A stretch of DNA of 64,000 bases, filler included, from Basidiobolus ranarum (lineage: Eukaryota), in NCBI GenBank assembly GCA_040143965.1. It is 26 parts of 26 records of this genome, joined end to end, with 100 filler letters (N's around TTAATTAATTAA, not from the genome) between each part and the next. Parts side by side here need not be neighbours in the genome. Positions count along the whole stretch, not along the records: positions 37,052 to 39,415 come from JASJQH010010297.1; positions 39,516 to 41,879 come from JASJQH010010298.1; positions 41,980 to 44,342 come from JASJQH010010299.1; positions 44,443 to 46,804 come from JASJQH010010300.1; positions 46,905 to 49,265 come from JASJQH010010301.1; 21 more parts are not named here. One strand, 5' to 3'. A program made the translations under genes and the position numbers. Shown piece after piece: positions 37,533 to 49,365 of this stretch. The notes below the pieces were generated by a model. The model had not been told where the DNA came from and did not search any database. It worked only from the letters and a program-made list of their open reading frames with translations. The first letter of the stretch is position 1; each line of letters opens with the position of its first letter.

Positions 37533-39415
37533 CTACGCTATCTCAGCCCAGTCACAAATAACTGATTTACCATTAGTTTTGCAAACGGTTCCTCTACCAC
37601 AATAATCTTCGAAATATTCTCCATTACTACATTGGAAGAAGACAGGTGAAACTCCAGATTCCAAACACCTGAATTCTCCATGTTCACAAATAGCATTGGA
37701 TGGACGTATTTGATTGTTTTTCGTGAGTGTGACAGCATCAGAAAATCTTTGAGTATGAGCAACCTTTCCTGTTACAAACACAGTTCGAACAACCTCTAAT
37801 TGCTCTGTCACTGTGGAGGTGGCACAACCAGGGGCACATCTATGAGAGTTACCCACAGTACGGTGATTCAGAGAATCGATTGAAAGGGTAGCCTAAGTAT
37901 TGGAGTTCGTTGGGAATGCTCGGTTTGATTCAACAACAGTGCCCTCGACGATAGTTTCGACTTGACCATTAGATCCTGTAACGGTGAAGGTGTGTAACCC
38001 AGTAGGGACCATGACGGTGATTGTACGTACACTGTTCTTCTCAGTAACAGTTTCAGTAACAGTTTCGGTAACAGTCTCATGTAAGGTTACAATATCACTA
38101 TAGTGGTCAGTGCGAACTTTAGTCTCGGTGACTGCTTGAGATACAAAAGTAGGCTGTACAACAATAGTTTCGACTACACCATTAGATCCTGTGGCGGTAA
38201 AGGTTTTTGCGCTGGTATAAACAGGGACGTTGTTCTTGACAGTAACAGTCTCATAGATGGTTCCATTGTCAACATTGGAGTCAGTGCGAACATTGGTCTT
38301 AGTTACCTTTTGAGGGGAAACAGTAGGTAGGACAACGACAGTACGTTCAACAATAGTCTCGACCTGACCATTAGATCCTGTAACGGTGAAAGTTCGCGTG
38401 CCAATAGATACAGTGGCGTTGTTCTTGATAGTAACAGTCTCATAGACGGTTCCAGTCTCAACATTGGTCTTAGTTACTTTTTGAGGAGTAAGGGTAGGTT
38501 GGACAACTACAGTACGTTCAATGACAGTTTCGACTTGACCATTAGATCCTGTGACAGTGAAAGTCTGCTAGCCAGTAGTTACAGCGGCTTTTTTTCTGAT
38601 AGTAATAGTCTCATAGACAGTTCCAGCGGCAACATTGGAGTCAGTACAAACACTGGTCTTGGTTACTTTTTGGGGAGCAACGGTAGGTTGAACAACAACA
38701 GTACGTTCAACGATAGTTTCGACTTGACCCTTAGATCCTGTGGCGGTGAATGTGCGTGCGCCAGTGTGTACCGGAACGTTATTCTTCTCAGTAACAGTCT
38801 CATAGATAGTTATAATGTCACCATTGGAGTCAGTACGGACATTAGTCTGGGTTACAGTTTGAGGAGCAACCGTAAGATGGACAACAACAGTACGTTCCAC
38901 AGTCTTAGTAACAATAGAAGGGCGATATTCGGTATGAATATGACCAGCGGTGTCAGTCTTTATGACGGTTCTCACAGTTGGATATAAAGTAACTGTGGGT
39001 TTGGTAACTGTAATAGTTGGTTCTGTAACAGTTATTTCACCAGTTGCTACCGTTCCACTATTGGAGTCACTCACAACTGATTCAGTGTTACTTTGATGTT
39101 GAATATTGTCAGTTACTATCACAGTACGAGTGTCGGTACGATTTCTTCCGACAGAGTCAGTCTTGATGATTGTTCTCACACTTGGATAAATCGTAACTGT
39201 CGGTTCAGTGACCGTAACTGTAGGTTCTGTGACAGTTCGGTTACTGGTTACTTCCTTATCACTTTGGGAGTGATCATTCCGATGATGATCAATGGTCTTG
39301 GTGACAGTAGAAGAGTGATATTCGGTATGAATATGGCCAGCGGTGTCAGTCTTGATGACGGTTCTCACCGTCGGATATAAAGTAACTGTGTGTTTGGTAA
39401 CTGTGATAGTTGGTT
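37533..39415 (-). pseudogene. Thr/Val-rich repeat cell-surface protein with C-terminal CBM19-like chitin-binding domain; two in-frame TAGs (5' partial)
   Basis: One continuous frame. Repeats TFTVTGSNGQVETIVERTVVVQPT and PTVRTVIKTDTAGHIHTEY. C-terminus CEHGEFRC...FFQCSNG...CGRGTVC...CDW. TAG at 38568-38570 and 37893-37895. Confidence 0.75.
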
Positions 39416-39515
39416 NNNNNNNNNNNNNNNNNNNNNNNNNNNNNNNNNNNNNNNNNNNNTTAATTAATTAANNNNNNNNNNNNNNNNNNNNNNNNNNNNN
39501 NNNNNNNNNNNNNNN

Positions 39516-40044
39516 GTAGCAATATCAGGCCTAGTACCAGTTGTTGCATATATGAGACTTCCAACTGCACAGCAGTAAGGAATATGTTTCATGATTTCAA
39601 CATCTTCAGAGATCTTTGGTTCCATATTCTTTGTGAGTTAGAGCATACATAGTGAATTTGAAGCTGTTTTACATTCTGACATATTGAATCTGTTTAAAAC
39701 ATCTCCAATATATTTTTCTTGTGTAACACAGAGTGTTCCAATAGTGGAATTTTGATGTATCTACATTCCAAGACAATATGCTAGTGATCCAAGATCTTGC
39801 ATTTCAAACTCAGTATATAGTCAGGTCTTAGTTTGTTTCATCAGATTTGGGCAATTACTAACTATTATGATATCATCAACATAAAGAGCAATTATCACTT
39901 TGGTGGCTTTGATAGTCTTGAAGTATATGGAGTGATCAGCTTTGCTACAATGGAAAAGATATTTCATGAAGATCAGATTGAATTTGGTATTCCATGTGCA
40001 AGGAGCCTGTTTCAGACCATATAGACTTCTCTGTAGTTTGCATA
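39516..40044 (-). mobile_element. Copia RT fragment
   Basis: VCKLQRSLYGLKQAP, ALYVDDIII, TRPDIA. Confidence 0.92.
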
Positions 40045-41879
40045 CCAATAACAAAAATAAAATTGATTTGATCAGGATTGGATCCACCCTCCAAAAGAGC
40101 AAAACCATCAGAGAACCATCACAATATGGGTAGCTTGCATTCTGCCAGGGATTTTGATGGTGTGACAGCGGTTTCTTGACAATATTTTGATGGTATTTAT
40201 ACATGTTAAAATATTGATCCCCAAATTGGCATGCGTTATTCAATATCTGGCAATTTTTGCAAAAACACAATTTTTGAATGGCAAATCACTGGGTTTACTG
40301 CAGCAGGAATTTGATTTAATATGCATGCCTTCAATTAGATATTTTAGGCTCTGTATTCCAGCCATAATGAGAATCAAAAAATACAAGAATCTCATTGTGT
40401 TTAGTCTCTACATATGCACTTACTTGACTGATTAGATATAACTCAACAACATCAATATGCTTTACCAGCAAACTAATGGTGGAAAAATTGCTAAACATCT
40501 GAAATTTTCAATAGCACTGACACTTGGCAAATAGCTGACTATTGTTACCATTCACAATGAGAACAAGCTCTTGGATTTTGGCAAATTTCCACAAAGAATT
40601 CAGCCAATATATCCCCAACTTGAAGTCAACAAATGTCCTGCCACAAGTAGATGTGTCATTACTGGAATAGATTACCCCATGGCTAAAGCAATAATACTGC
40701 ATACCTTGATCTATCTCACCAAGAAGTCTGTCTTGCAGCTTTCCTAAAAATACCTTCAGATTATCACACAAGCAAAGTAGTCAAAATTATAGAGGTACTT
40801 ACTCTGTGTCCATGAATTGGGCTTTGTTGCAGTTATTGTGCTCACACAATGCAAAAACCCGTGAGCAAATTGAACAGAGCCCTTTCTTGGCAGGTTAATA
40901 TACTCTGGAGTCTCCTTAACCCATTGCATTACATCCATCACTGATTTAGCTGATACATTGTTAATCAGATAACCATATGGTAATACTGAAAATTTCACAC
41001 AGAGCATCATTTAGCTGCAGGTGCGCTCCATTGGGAACTCCCAGAATGCATAGCAAGGGCCTATAATCTCTAAGCATTGTGAAATATGCAGCAGGGAATG
41101 TATTGCACACTGGCATAGATTCAGTCTATCTTCTTTAAACCTGTAATAAAGTTTTTCATATCCAATTACAAATTCTTTGCACAGTTGCTGTATCTGCCCA
41201 AGATCTGCCAATATAAGTTGATGCTGTCAGAATATATTAACAATATCCACAAACAACTCCCAATATTGCCAATACTTATCAGGCGGAAATCTTTTCAAAA
41301 TTCCACTTGAATATATACAAATCCAATACTTCCAGTCTCTGCATTTGAATAAACACCTAGATGAGTGGATATTTATAGGAGTCCTGGTAAAATATAATGG
41401 TATCTTGATGTTTTCAAGCATTTTCCCAATCAATTGAAACTTTGATCCTATCACAAATGGCTCATTCATATTGAATTTTGCACTATATAGCTGAGTAAGT
41501 AGTATTGGAATGTTGTTGAATAGTAAGTGCATATTGCCTAAGGGAAGCTCTGGCTCAAGCTGATCCCCTTTAGCAATATAATCTGAGGCTTACAGCTAAT
41601 ACCAAGTTTAATGTAAGACTAACTCTTTGGTGAATTGATATCAATATATCATGTAGAAATCTGACTGGGCTCTTGATGGTAAGATCATGGAGTTTAGTGT
41701 GGTATTTGGATTGTAGTAATGCGTATGCCTGACAGAGTAAACTCCAGTGATTTGACAAAATCTACAGCAAGATAGTGCATTGTGCCCATGAAAACCTCCA
41801 AGTTTACTGATGGCAGGAGTGTCACCAACACATACAATGATATTAGTTTTAATAAAATATTGCCCCATCTGAACCCTAT
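40045..41879 (-). mobile_element. CMC/EnSpm-like (Tnp2-type) transposase, best-preserved copy, with right end
   Basis: VGDTPAISKLGGFHGHNALSCCRFC, MHLLFNN, FKCRDW, HSLLH and WEFPMER match the CMC signature (D, CxxC, MH, H-x3-H, E). A few stops. Confidence 0.9.
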
Positions 41880-41979
41880 NNNNNNNNNNNNNNNNNNNNN
41901 NNNNNNNNNNNNNNNNNNNNNNNTTAATTAATTAANNNNNNNNNNNNNNNNNNNNNNNNNNNNNNNNNNNNNNNNNNNN

Positions 41980-42559
41980 AAGCTTCCAACAAAGAAGGGT
42001 CAGAAAGTTCCTCTTCTTCTCCAGAGACTGCATCCCAAAGCTCCTTGTCTTCCAGCATGATTAGCATTTTGAACTTCCAGAAATTGTAATTTTCTCCATC
42101 AAGCTTTTCAACAGTTGAGTTAGTAAAAATGGTAGTAGTAGTTTCTGTCATGCTGTAAAGGTTAGAACAATGGGCTCATAACTTATTTGGAAAATATGGG
42201 CTGTTTGAGGAACTTTAGAAAAGTGGAATTGTGAATAGCTTTGTGAGATAATTATTTATTGTCTAGGAATAAGGATTTATACATTTTGGTGGAAATACCA
42301 AGAACTAACACTAGGGTTGTGTTCAGAACATCTGTGGGAGCAAAATGAGCTATCTTTGGCACAATTTGGACAAGTTTCAAATTTCTAATATGGAATTGCT
42401 AATTCTCACATTATTCACATACATATATAATATAAGTTTTGATTTTCAGTTAAGTGATTTTTGAATAAGTAATATTGACTAGTTTATTTGTGATATATGA
42501 AATAGTTTGGTGTATAAAGATAGGATTAACAAATATGATAAAGGCAACAAACTTCAACA
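41980..42559 (-). mobile_element. Copia D 5' LTR (42184-42559), PBS and gag start
   Basis: TGGGCTCATAAC on + at 42171; EKLDGENYNFWKFKM...KELWD. Confidence 0.88.
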
Positions 42560-44342
42560 TAGTCTGGGTACAATAACCCTAAAATATGCATTTCTTACTT
42601 TTTGGATCAAATTTAGACCAATTTTTGGTCATAATTTTGACATAAGCAATGCATCCAAAGATCCTCAATTGTTTGACATCAGATTTAACTCTAAACCAAG
42701 CTTGATATAGTGTAGTGTTAGACAGACTCTAGTAAAACTCCTATTCTGCAGATATTTGGCTGTAGCAACAGATACCACCCAAAAGTTATGAGATAAAATT
42801 TGTGCATTTATGATAGATCTTGCCATTTCTGTTGTAGTCCTGTTAGCTCTTTCAGCAACTCTATTTTGTTTTGGTAAACAGGAGGAAGTAGTTTCTTACT
42901 TAATTCCATGAACTCTGCAAAAGTGCTTATATAGCGTTGAAGAATATTCTCCACCATTTTCAGTATGTATTTTCTTGATTTTAGTTCCAGTATGGGTCTC
43001 AACAAGTTTTTAAGATCTCTAAAGACAGAGAGTGCTTCTTCTTTTCATTGTATAAAGTAGACCCAAGTTTATCTTGTATAATCATAAATAAATGAGATTA
43101 AGTATCTCTTTCTGCCCAAGCATACATTTTGCTTAGGTCCACACAATTTGCAGTGAATGAGATCCATTTTTTGACAGATTTGATTAAGCCAGAGCTCTTG
43201 AATATTTGCCTGGCTTGTTTTCCATATATACAGCCCTCACAAATTTTCATTTTGGTTGGGAGGTTAATGAATTCCAGAAATTAGGTGATTTTTGATCATT
43301 TTGCTCAAGTTGTCAAATTCAATATGACCAAATCTCTTATGCCATGATTGAATAGTTTCTTTATTAGAGTAGCTTACATATACAAACAAACCTCTTGGAT
43401 TATATGTAAGTTTGTATAAGATTTGATCCTTTTTTACCAAAGCTAAATAATTCCCATTTTGATCAGTGATGGTGCATCCTTAATTGGTAAACTTGAATTT
43501 TAGCACTTGTGTGGTGGCCTTGCCTACAGATATTAAGTTCTTGGCAATATCTGGAACATGTAATACATCTTTAAAAGTATATACTTTCTCTTTAGAAGCT
43601 CCAATTAAATTGACTTGAATTTTTCCCATTCCAATAGCACCCAATGTGCAGTCATCTCACAGAAAACCTTTCTAATTGGGATTTCTTCATAATCCACAAA
43701 CCAATGTTTTTCATGTGTGAAATGTTGAGAGGCTCCAGAATCAATATACCACATCTGGGAATCCTTGTTGGTATTCATAGATAGAGCAGATACAAATAAG
43801 AGATCTTTTGTGGTAACCATATTTCCAGATTTAGTACATTTCTCTTCCTTAGCCATTCTTTTGAAGCAATCTTTGCTTAAATGGCCAGTTCTTTTACAGT
43901 AAATACAGAATGTGTTACTTTTCTTCTTAAAGTGCTTTTGAACTCTATAGGAAGGTTTCCCATAGCTTATTAAAGCATTTCCTTCATTCTTTTGGATGAA
44001 TCCAAATTTGCAAAAATCTTGATCCAGAAGTCTGCAAAATACATAATATAAGGGCAAATTTAGAGTTCTTGATTCTAGAGCCATTACTAGGCCCTGAAAC
44101 TTGTGTGCAGATCATTGAGGAATGTAAGTGTTATGATTCTGATCTTTGTACACTGATCCACTGCAAATAGAACTTTTTGTTATTAGATTATGACATCATA
44201 TCTGCTATGCCTCCCCTTCTTGGCAATCTTGTGTTAGTTCATCCAGGTTACCTTATATTGAAGTCATGTTCTTTGGAACATTCCATGAAAACTAACCAAT
44301 CATGTCAACCCACACATAGTGTATTTCTGCCAAGACCTTCCA
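42560..44342 (-). mobile_element. Copia A gag-protease-integrase remnant, with an LTR-C inserted at 44129 (+)
   Basis: CIYCKRTGHLSKDC, WYIDSGASQHFT, WHKRFGH. Confidence 0.9.
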
Positions 44343-44442
44343 NNNNNNNNNNNNNNNNNNNNNNNNNNNNNNNNNNNNNNNNNNNNTTAATTAATTAANN
44401 NNNNNNNNNNNNNNNNNNNNNNNNNNNNNNNNNNNNNNNNNN

Positions 44443-46681
44443 GATTGAAATATCAATTAGCTCACTTTTACCAATTATCACTATTTTCTTCAAACTACTC
44501 CATGTCACTTTAATTTTTCACCCATGCTTAACAGGCATGTTTGTTATGATCTAAGCATGTCCAATAGTTCTATTTCATAGTAAGCTATAAATAGGACATA
44601 TTCAATTCAATAACACTTGAGTGTCTGATTCACAAATATAAATCTTGTCCAAAACACTTCCAATTTCCCTAAACACTTTTATCAGGTTTTTGGTTCTTCA
44701 CAATTGGCACAAATTAAATTGGTTCTGGGCAAGATTTCACCAAGTTTCCAAACTTTAAGCCCTTGATCATCAGAGCAAGTGACAGCAGCTTTGACTTTCA
44801 GAGTCTTTTGGTTTGTTGGTTTTCCTATCTGATTTCTACTTTCATATGCCCAAGACATTTTGTGCTGTTGTGTAGGCTTGATGATTCAACACATATTCTG
44901 CACTGTTAGATTGTCATGGGGATGTTCTTTTAGCAGGTGTGGGATTGATTGAAATTCCATATGAGAATTGGTGGAGGGAGCAGCATGTTGCCATAGCTCA
45001 AGTACAGCATTCTGAAGGTTCTTTATTGTAGGTGAGTGACTCACTTACTGATGAGTAGTTGCTTTAAAATGCTACATTATTTGCAATATTGTGGCACTAT
45101 TGCTTTTCATGGCCTATATAGCAACTTTGTAGCTTTTACTTATAATTGCACACAAATCATGAAAGTGTTCTGCCTGAGATTCCCTTGTTGTAGTGATTCT
45201 AACCAAATTGTCTATGGAGGGGTGTTCAATACTTAGCATGGTAGGCAATTTGGAACCTGATGGTCTTGACAGTGTTTCTGTTAAACTTTAGTCAACTATT
45301 GATCTGCCATGTAATTGGGGGATGCTAATCCCTTCACTTGCACAATTGCTTGAAAGGAACACATCTGGTTAATTGATTAATGCTCTGTCACTATTTGAGT
45401 AAGTATCCAGCATGTTAATGCTTTCTAAAGTGGATAGTAGATTGCTAAATGGCTGATCAATTAGGTCCCCTGTTCTTGCTAGCCTTTTTCTTTTTGTGCC
45501 AGCTGGCTTTTCTTGGAAGTCATTTTGTTTTAAATTTTGAATGCTGTTTGAATAGTATTGAAATTTTCAGTTGGTAAGCTTGATGTAATGAGATTGCTTA
45601 GAAAAAGCTTATAATAAACCAAAATTGCCATACATTACTAGAAAAGTCTTGAAAATCCCCCAATGACTCATCTGTGACTTTATCTCATAATCTGGTGATG
45701 ATATTGATGGGATATATCTAAAATACCAGCCTAATGTAGTCCGTGTTCTTTTTCTCCAATATCCTTATCATGCTGCCACACATATGTTTAAAGGAGCCCT
45801 GTTATTGCTGCCACAAAATATTGTGCTATGAGAGCCAGAGGCTGCATGGAAAAAGTAATCACCAGCATGGTCACTTTAAAAGGCCACTAGCTGCACAAAG
45901 CCTGGTGAATATCAATAATATTAAGTGCACAAAATCAACTTTAGTGTTGCCCACTGAGTCCACTGGCTGTGCTTTACCTCAAAGTTTTGGCAACACTGCT
46001 GAAAGTCAAAATACTATGGAGTTTTAGTGTTACATGACCAGAATAATGTAGGTATAAATGCAACTTTGGTCAAACCAGAGAGTCCAGACAACTTTCAGCA
46101 TATGTTGCTAGATGTTTACCTTGGTTTTTCCAGTACTGATGATAGTACATCAAAAGATGAAGAAGATGACATTGATTTGGTTAAGGACTCTTTGTTGTTG
46201 ACCAGCATTAGTCTACCTATGATACTAGCAGTAAAGCAAGCAGCTTAGATTATTGAGGAGTTGAAAATGCAATTCAATCTTAGCAACCAGGTGTTTATTG
46301 GTTTTCTTACACTTTTACTACAGTTGATTGGCAACTGTTGCTTGCCACAGACCTGGTACAAGTGCAAAACACTTGTCAATTGTATGACTTATAGTCTTTC
46401 AGTACTTAAGCTACTTTCATATCCCCATGGTGTTTGGCTTTCACTGGTGATCTGAAATGCCTGAAGTCATGTACTGCTTGTACACCATTGGCAAACACCA
46501 AATCTGGTAAGTATTGCTCACATTTGACATATATACCATTGTGTGCCTTCTTAAATCTTGGATGAAATCCCCTTGATATTGATCATTGATCCTTTACTAA
46601 AGTACTCATCATAAAGCTGATGGTATTGCCAATATACTTGATGGATATCACCACCAGAATCTGAAAAGTCATGGTTGCTTT
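44443..46681 (+). mobile_element. LTR-B end (to 44684), then CMC centre: second gene (-) and transposase 5' part (+)
   Basis: Collinear with 29657-31180. Confidence 0.85.
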
Positions 46682-46707
46682 TGTTGAAATTATTTAGGGA
46701 GAAATAT

Positions 46708-46780
46708 TGGTCTGGCCAGGAATTGAACCTGGGACCTCCTTCACTCTAGCAAGGTGCTCTAACCACTGAGCTACCAGTCC
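46708..46780 (-). pseudogene. tRNA-derived sequence (apparent anticodon AGA) inside an insertion starting TGTTGAAAT at 46682
   Basis: GGACTGG TA GCTC AGTGGTTA GAGC A CCTTG CTAGAGT GAAGG AGGTC CCAGG TTCAATT CCTGG CCAGACC A. Cloverleaf with A and B boxes, but mismatches in the acceptor and anticodon stems and no long variable arm. Confidence 0.75.
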
Positions 46781-46904
46781 TTGTATGTTATGCCTATATT
46801 GCTANNNNNNNNNNNNNNNNNNNNNNNNNNNNNNNNNNNNNNNNNNNNTTAATTAATTAANNNNNNNNNNNNNNNNNNNNNNNNNNNNNNNNNNNNNNNN
46901 NNNN

Positions 46905-48437
46905 CAAGTGCAGAGATGTGATTTTTGATGAAAAAGCAAATTTTCACCTCAAATCACAGTTCTTGATCCAGAAAACACAATCAGCACTATTAAGGAAGTG
47001 TCTGACAAAATTCCAGCTATATTTGAGCCCTATTCAACCAGAACTTCAGTCCCAATTACTTCAAAGGATGATTCAGAACCCAGAAGATCATCCAGAGGGA
47101 GAAATAAGCCAAGAAACTGGTGGAACACTTCCAATGATAATGTATATGCTTTGGCAGCATTCTGTGACAAGCCACAGACTTTAGATCAAGCTCTGGAATG
47201 TCCAGAAGCAAAATTATGGGAAAAAGCAATGTTGGATGAGTTTTCTTCACTTTAGGACAATAAAACGTGGATTTCAAGTCCTCTTCCATCAGGGAGAAAG
47301 CCAATAGGTTGCAAAAGGGTCTACAAAGTCAAAAACCATGCTGATGGAACCATAGAAAGGTACAAAGCAAGATCAGTTGCAAAAGGCTATTCCCAGACTC
47401 CAGGAGTTGATGTTAGTGAAACTTTTGCTTCAGTGGCTAGGTTTAGCTCAAGTGGATCAATCCTGGCACTCTCAGCCATACATAAACTTGATGTTCATCA
47501 AATGGATGTAAAAACAGCCTTTCTAAATGGAAATCTAAAAGACAAGATCTACCACATGGATTTTTTGACCCATAACATCCTGATATGGTGTGTAAACTGC
47601 AAAAATTGCTCTATTAACTCAAGCAAGCACCCAGGGCATGGTACAACAAGATAGATATCTATTTGGAATCTCTGGAATTCCAAAAATGCGCAGCAGAATG
47701 CAGTATTAACATCAAAACAAATGTAAATAGGATCCTGATCTTGGCACCATATGTGGATGGCTTGATCTTGGCCACAAATACTTTAGAAGCACTTAATCAG
47801 ATGAAAAGCAGCTTCTCAAACCAATTTCAGTTGATGGATATGGGCAAATTTAGTTATTTTCTTGGAATCAAACCAAGAGAGATAAACCCAATCAGAAAAT
47901 TATGCTGAATCAATCAAGATTCATCCTAGACATTCTTAAATGCTTTAATATGGAGAATAGCAAGCCTGTATCAACACCCATGGATCCCAATGTGAAACTA
48001 ATCAAAGTTTCATCCAATTTGGCCAAAAATGACTCAAATCAAAGCCAGAAGTTCCCTTACCAATCCACAGTGGAGAGTTTAATGTATACAATGGTTGGAA
48101 CACAACCAGACATTGATGTGGCAGTGGCTACTATCAGCCATTATCTCAAAAATCCAGGATATGAGCACGAAACTGCAACAAAGCAAATATTCAGGTATAT
48201 GAGAGGAACTGTAGATCTAGTTCTGGAATACTCTGCCCCTCCTGCTGGGCAGATTTTGAATGCTACAGTGATGCAGACCGGGGAGAAAACCTTGATCATA
48301 GAAGATCAATAACTGGGTTTATTTTTATCTATGATAATGGAGCCAGAACTTAGAATAATAAGAAGCCACCAACTGTAGCACTTTCCACTGTAGAAGCATA
48401 GTATACGGCTGCCTCTGCTACTATACCAGAAGGTATG
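46905..48437 (+). mobile_element. Copia pol: integrase C-terminus, RT, RNase H start (degenerate)
   Basis: RDVIFDE, ERYKAR.VAKGYSQ, HQMDVKTAFLNG, PVSTPMD, TQPDI. Confidence 0.93.
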
Positions 48438-48571
48438 TTGTTAAGGAAGTTGTAAGTGAGGTGGTAGAGCCAAGAACCAAAGGTTTCCTTGCCTCTCCTT
48501 TGGTACTACTAACATCCATCTTATTGAGTACACCTTTAGCTGTTTTTCTTTCTTCTTCAAGGCAGTGATTT

Positions 48572-49265
48572 TGATAAAAGTGTTTAGGGGATTTGGAAGT
48601 GTTTTGGTCAAGATTTGGATTTGTGAATTAGACACTTAAGTTTTATTGAATTGAATATGTCCTATTTATAGTTTATTATGAAATAGGACTATTGGATGTG
48701 CTTAGATCATAACAAACATGCCTGTTAAGCATGGGTGAAAATTTGAGATGATTTGGAGAAGTTTTGAGAAAACAGTGAAAATTGGTAAAAGTGATCTAAT
48801 TGATTTTTCTATCAATTAGAGCAATAAACACACGTTTTTGAATGACAGAATTGAGTACTAAATAATTAGAATATGAATAAACTATCTACTAAATAATGAG
48901 TTGCTATTTACCTAATTTTCACATTCCCACTCAACTAATTATTTTGTGTTTCTTTTAAACCTAACTTATATCTTAATAATTCAAATTGTGTTTTAGCTAA
49001 TGGTTTGGTTAAGATATCAGCATTTATTTCTTTTGTAGGGCAATAGACAAGTTCAATTATATCATTCTCTATTGCTTCTCTAACAAAATGATGCCTAATA
49101 TCTATATGTTTTGTTCTAGCATGAAATGTAGGGTTTTAAGCTAATGAAATACGACTTTGATTATCTTCAAATACAGTAATAGCACATTTTTGCATGTATC
49201 CTAAGTCTGTAAATAACTTCCTTAACCACATAGCTTCTTGTGCAGTAGCAGAGGCAGCCATATAC
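48572..49265 (-). mobile_element. Copia B 3' end: RNase H, PPT and LTR-B (48572-48923)
   Basis: RTKHIDIRHHFVRE and DILTKPL on the minus strand; PPT TTGAGTGGGAA. Confidence 0.9.
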
Positions 49266-49365
49266 NNNNNNNNNNNNNNNNNNNNNNNNNNNNNNNNNNN
49301 NNNNNNNNNTTAATTAATTAANNNNNNNNNNNNNNNNNNNNNNNNNNNNNNNNNNNNNNNNNNNN

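Noticed and set aside
10813-38570. Stop-codon reassignment or selenocysteine
   Set aside because: The internal stops are of all three types (TGA, TAA, TAG). IF2 also has a frame defect and missense decay, and FAS has no internal stop in about 790 codons.
38103-39380. Plus-strand Ser/Asn-rich ORFs
   Set aside because: Antisense shadows of the Thr/Val repeats. The minus frame carries the recognisable C-terminal domain.
39821-40270. Novel fusion protein of CMC end and copia RT (also 60535-61011 and 912-1223)
   Set aside because: The frame runs through subterminal DNA downstream of the transposase stop and across an insertion junction. No evidence that it is a gene.
46708-46780. Functional tRNA-Ser(AGA)
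   Set aside because: No long variable arm, mismatches in two stems, and embedded in an insertion within a transposase.
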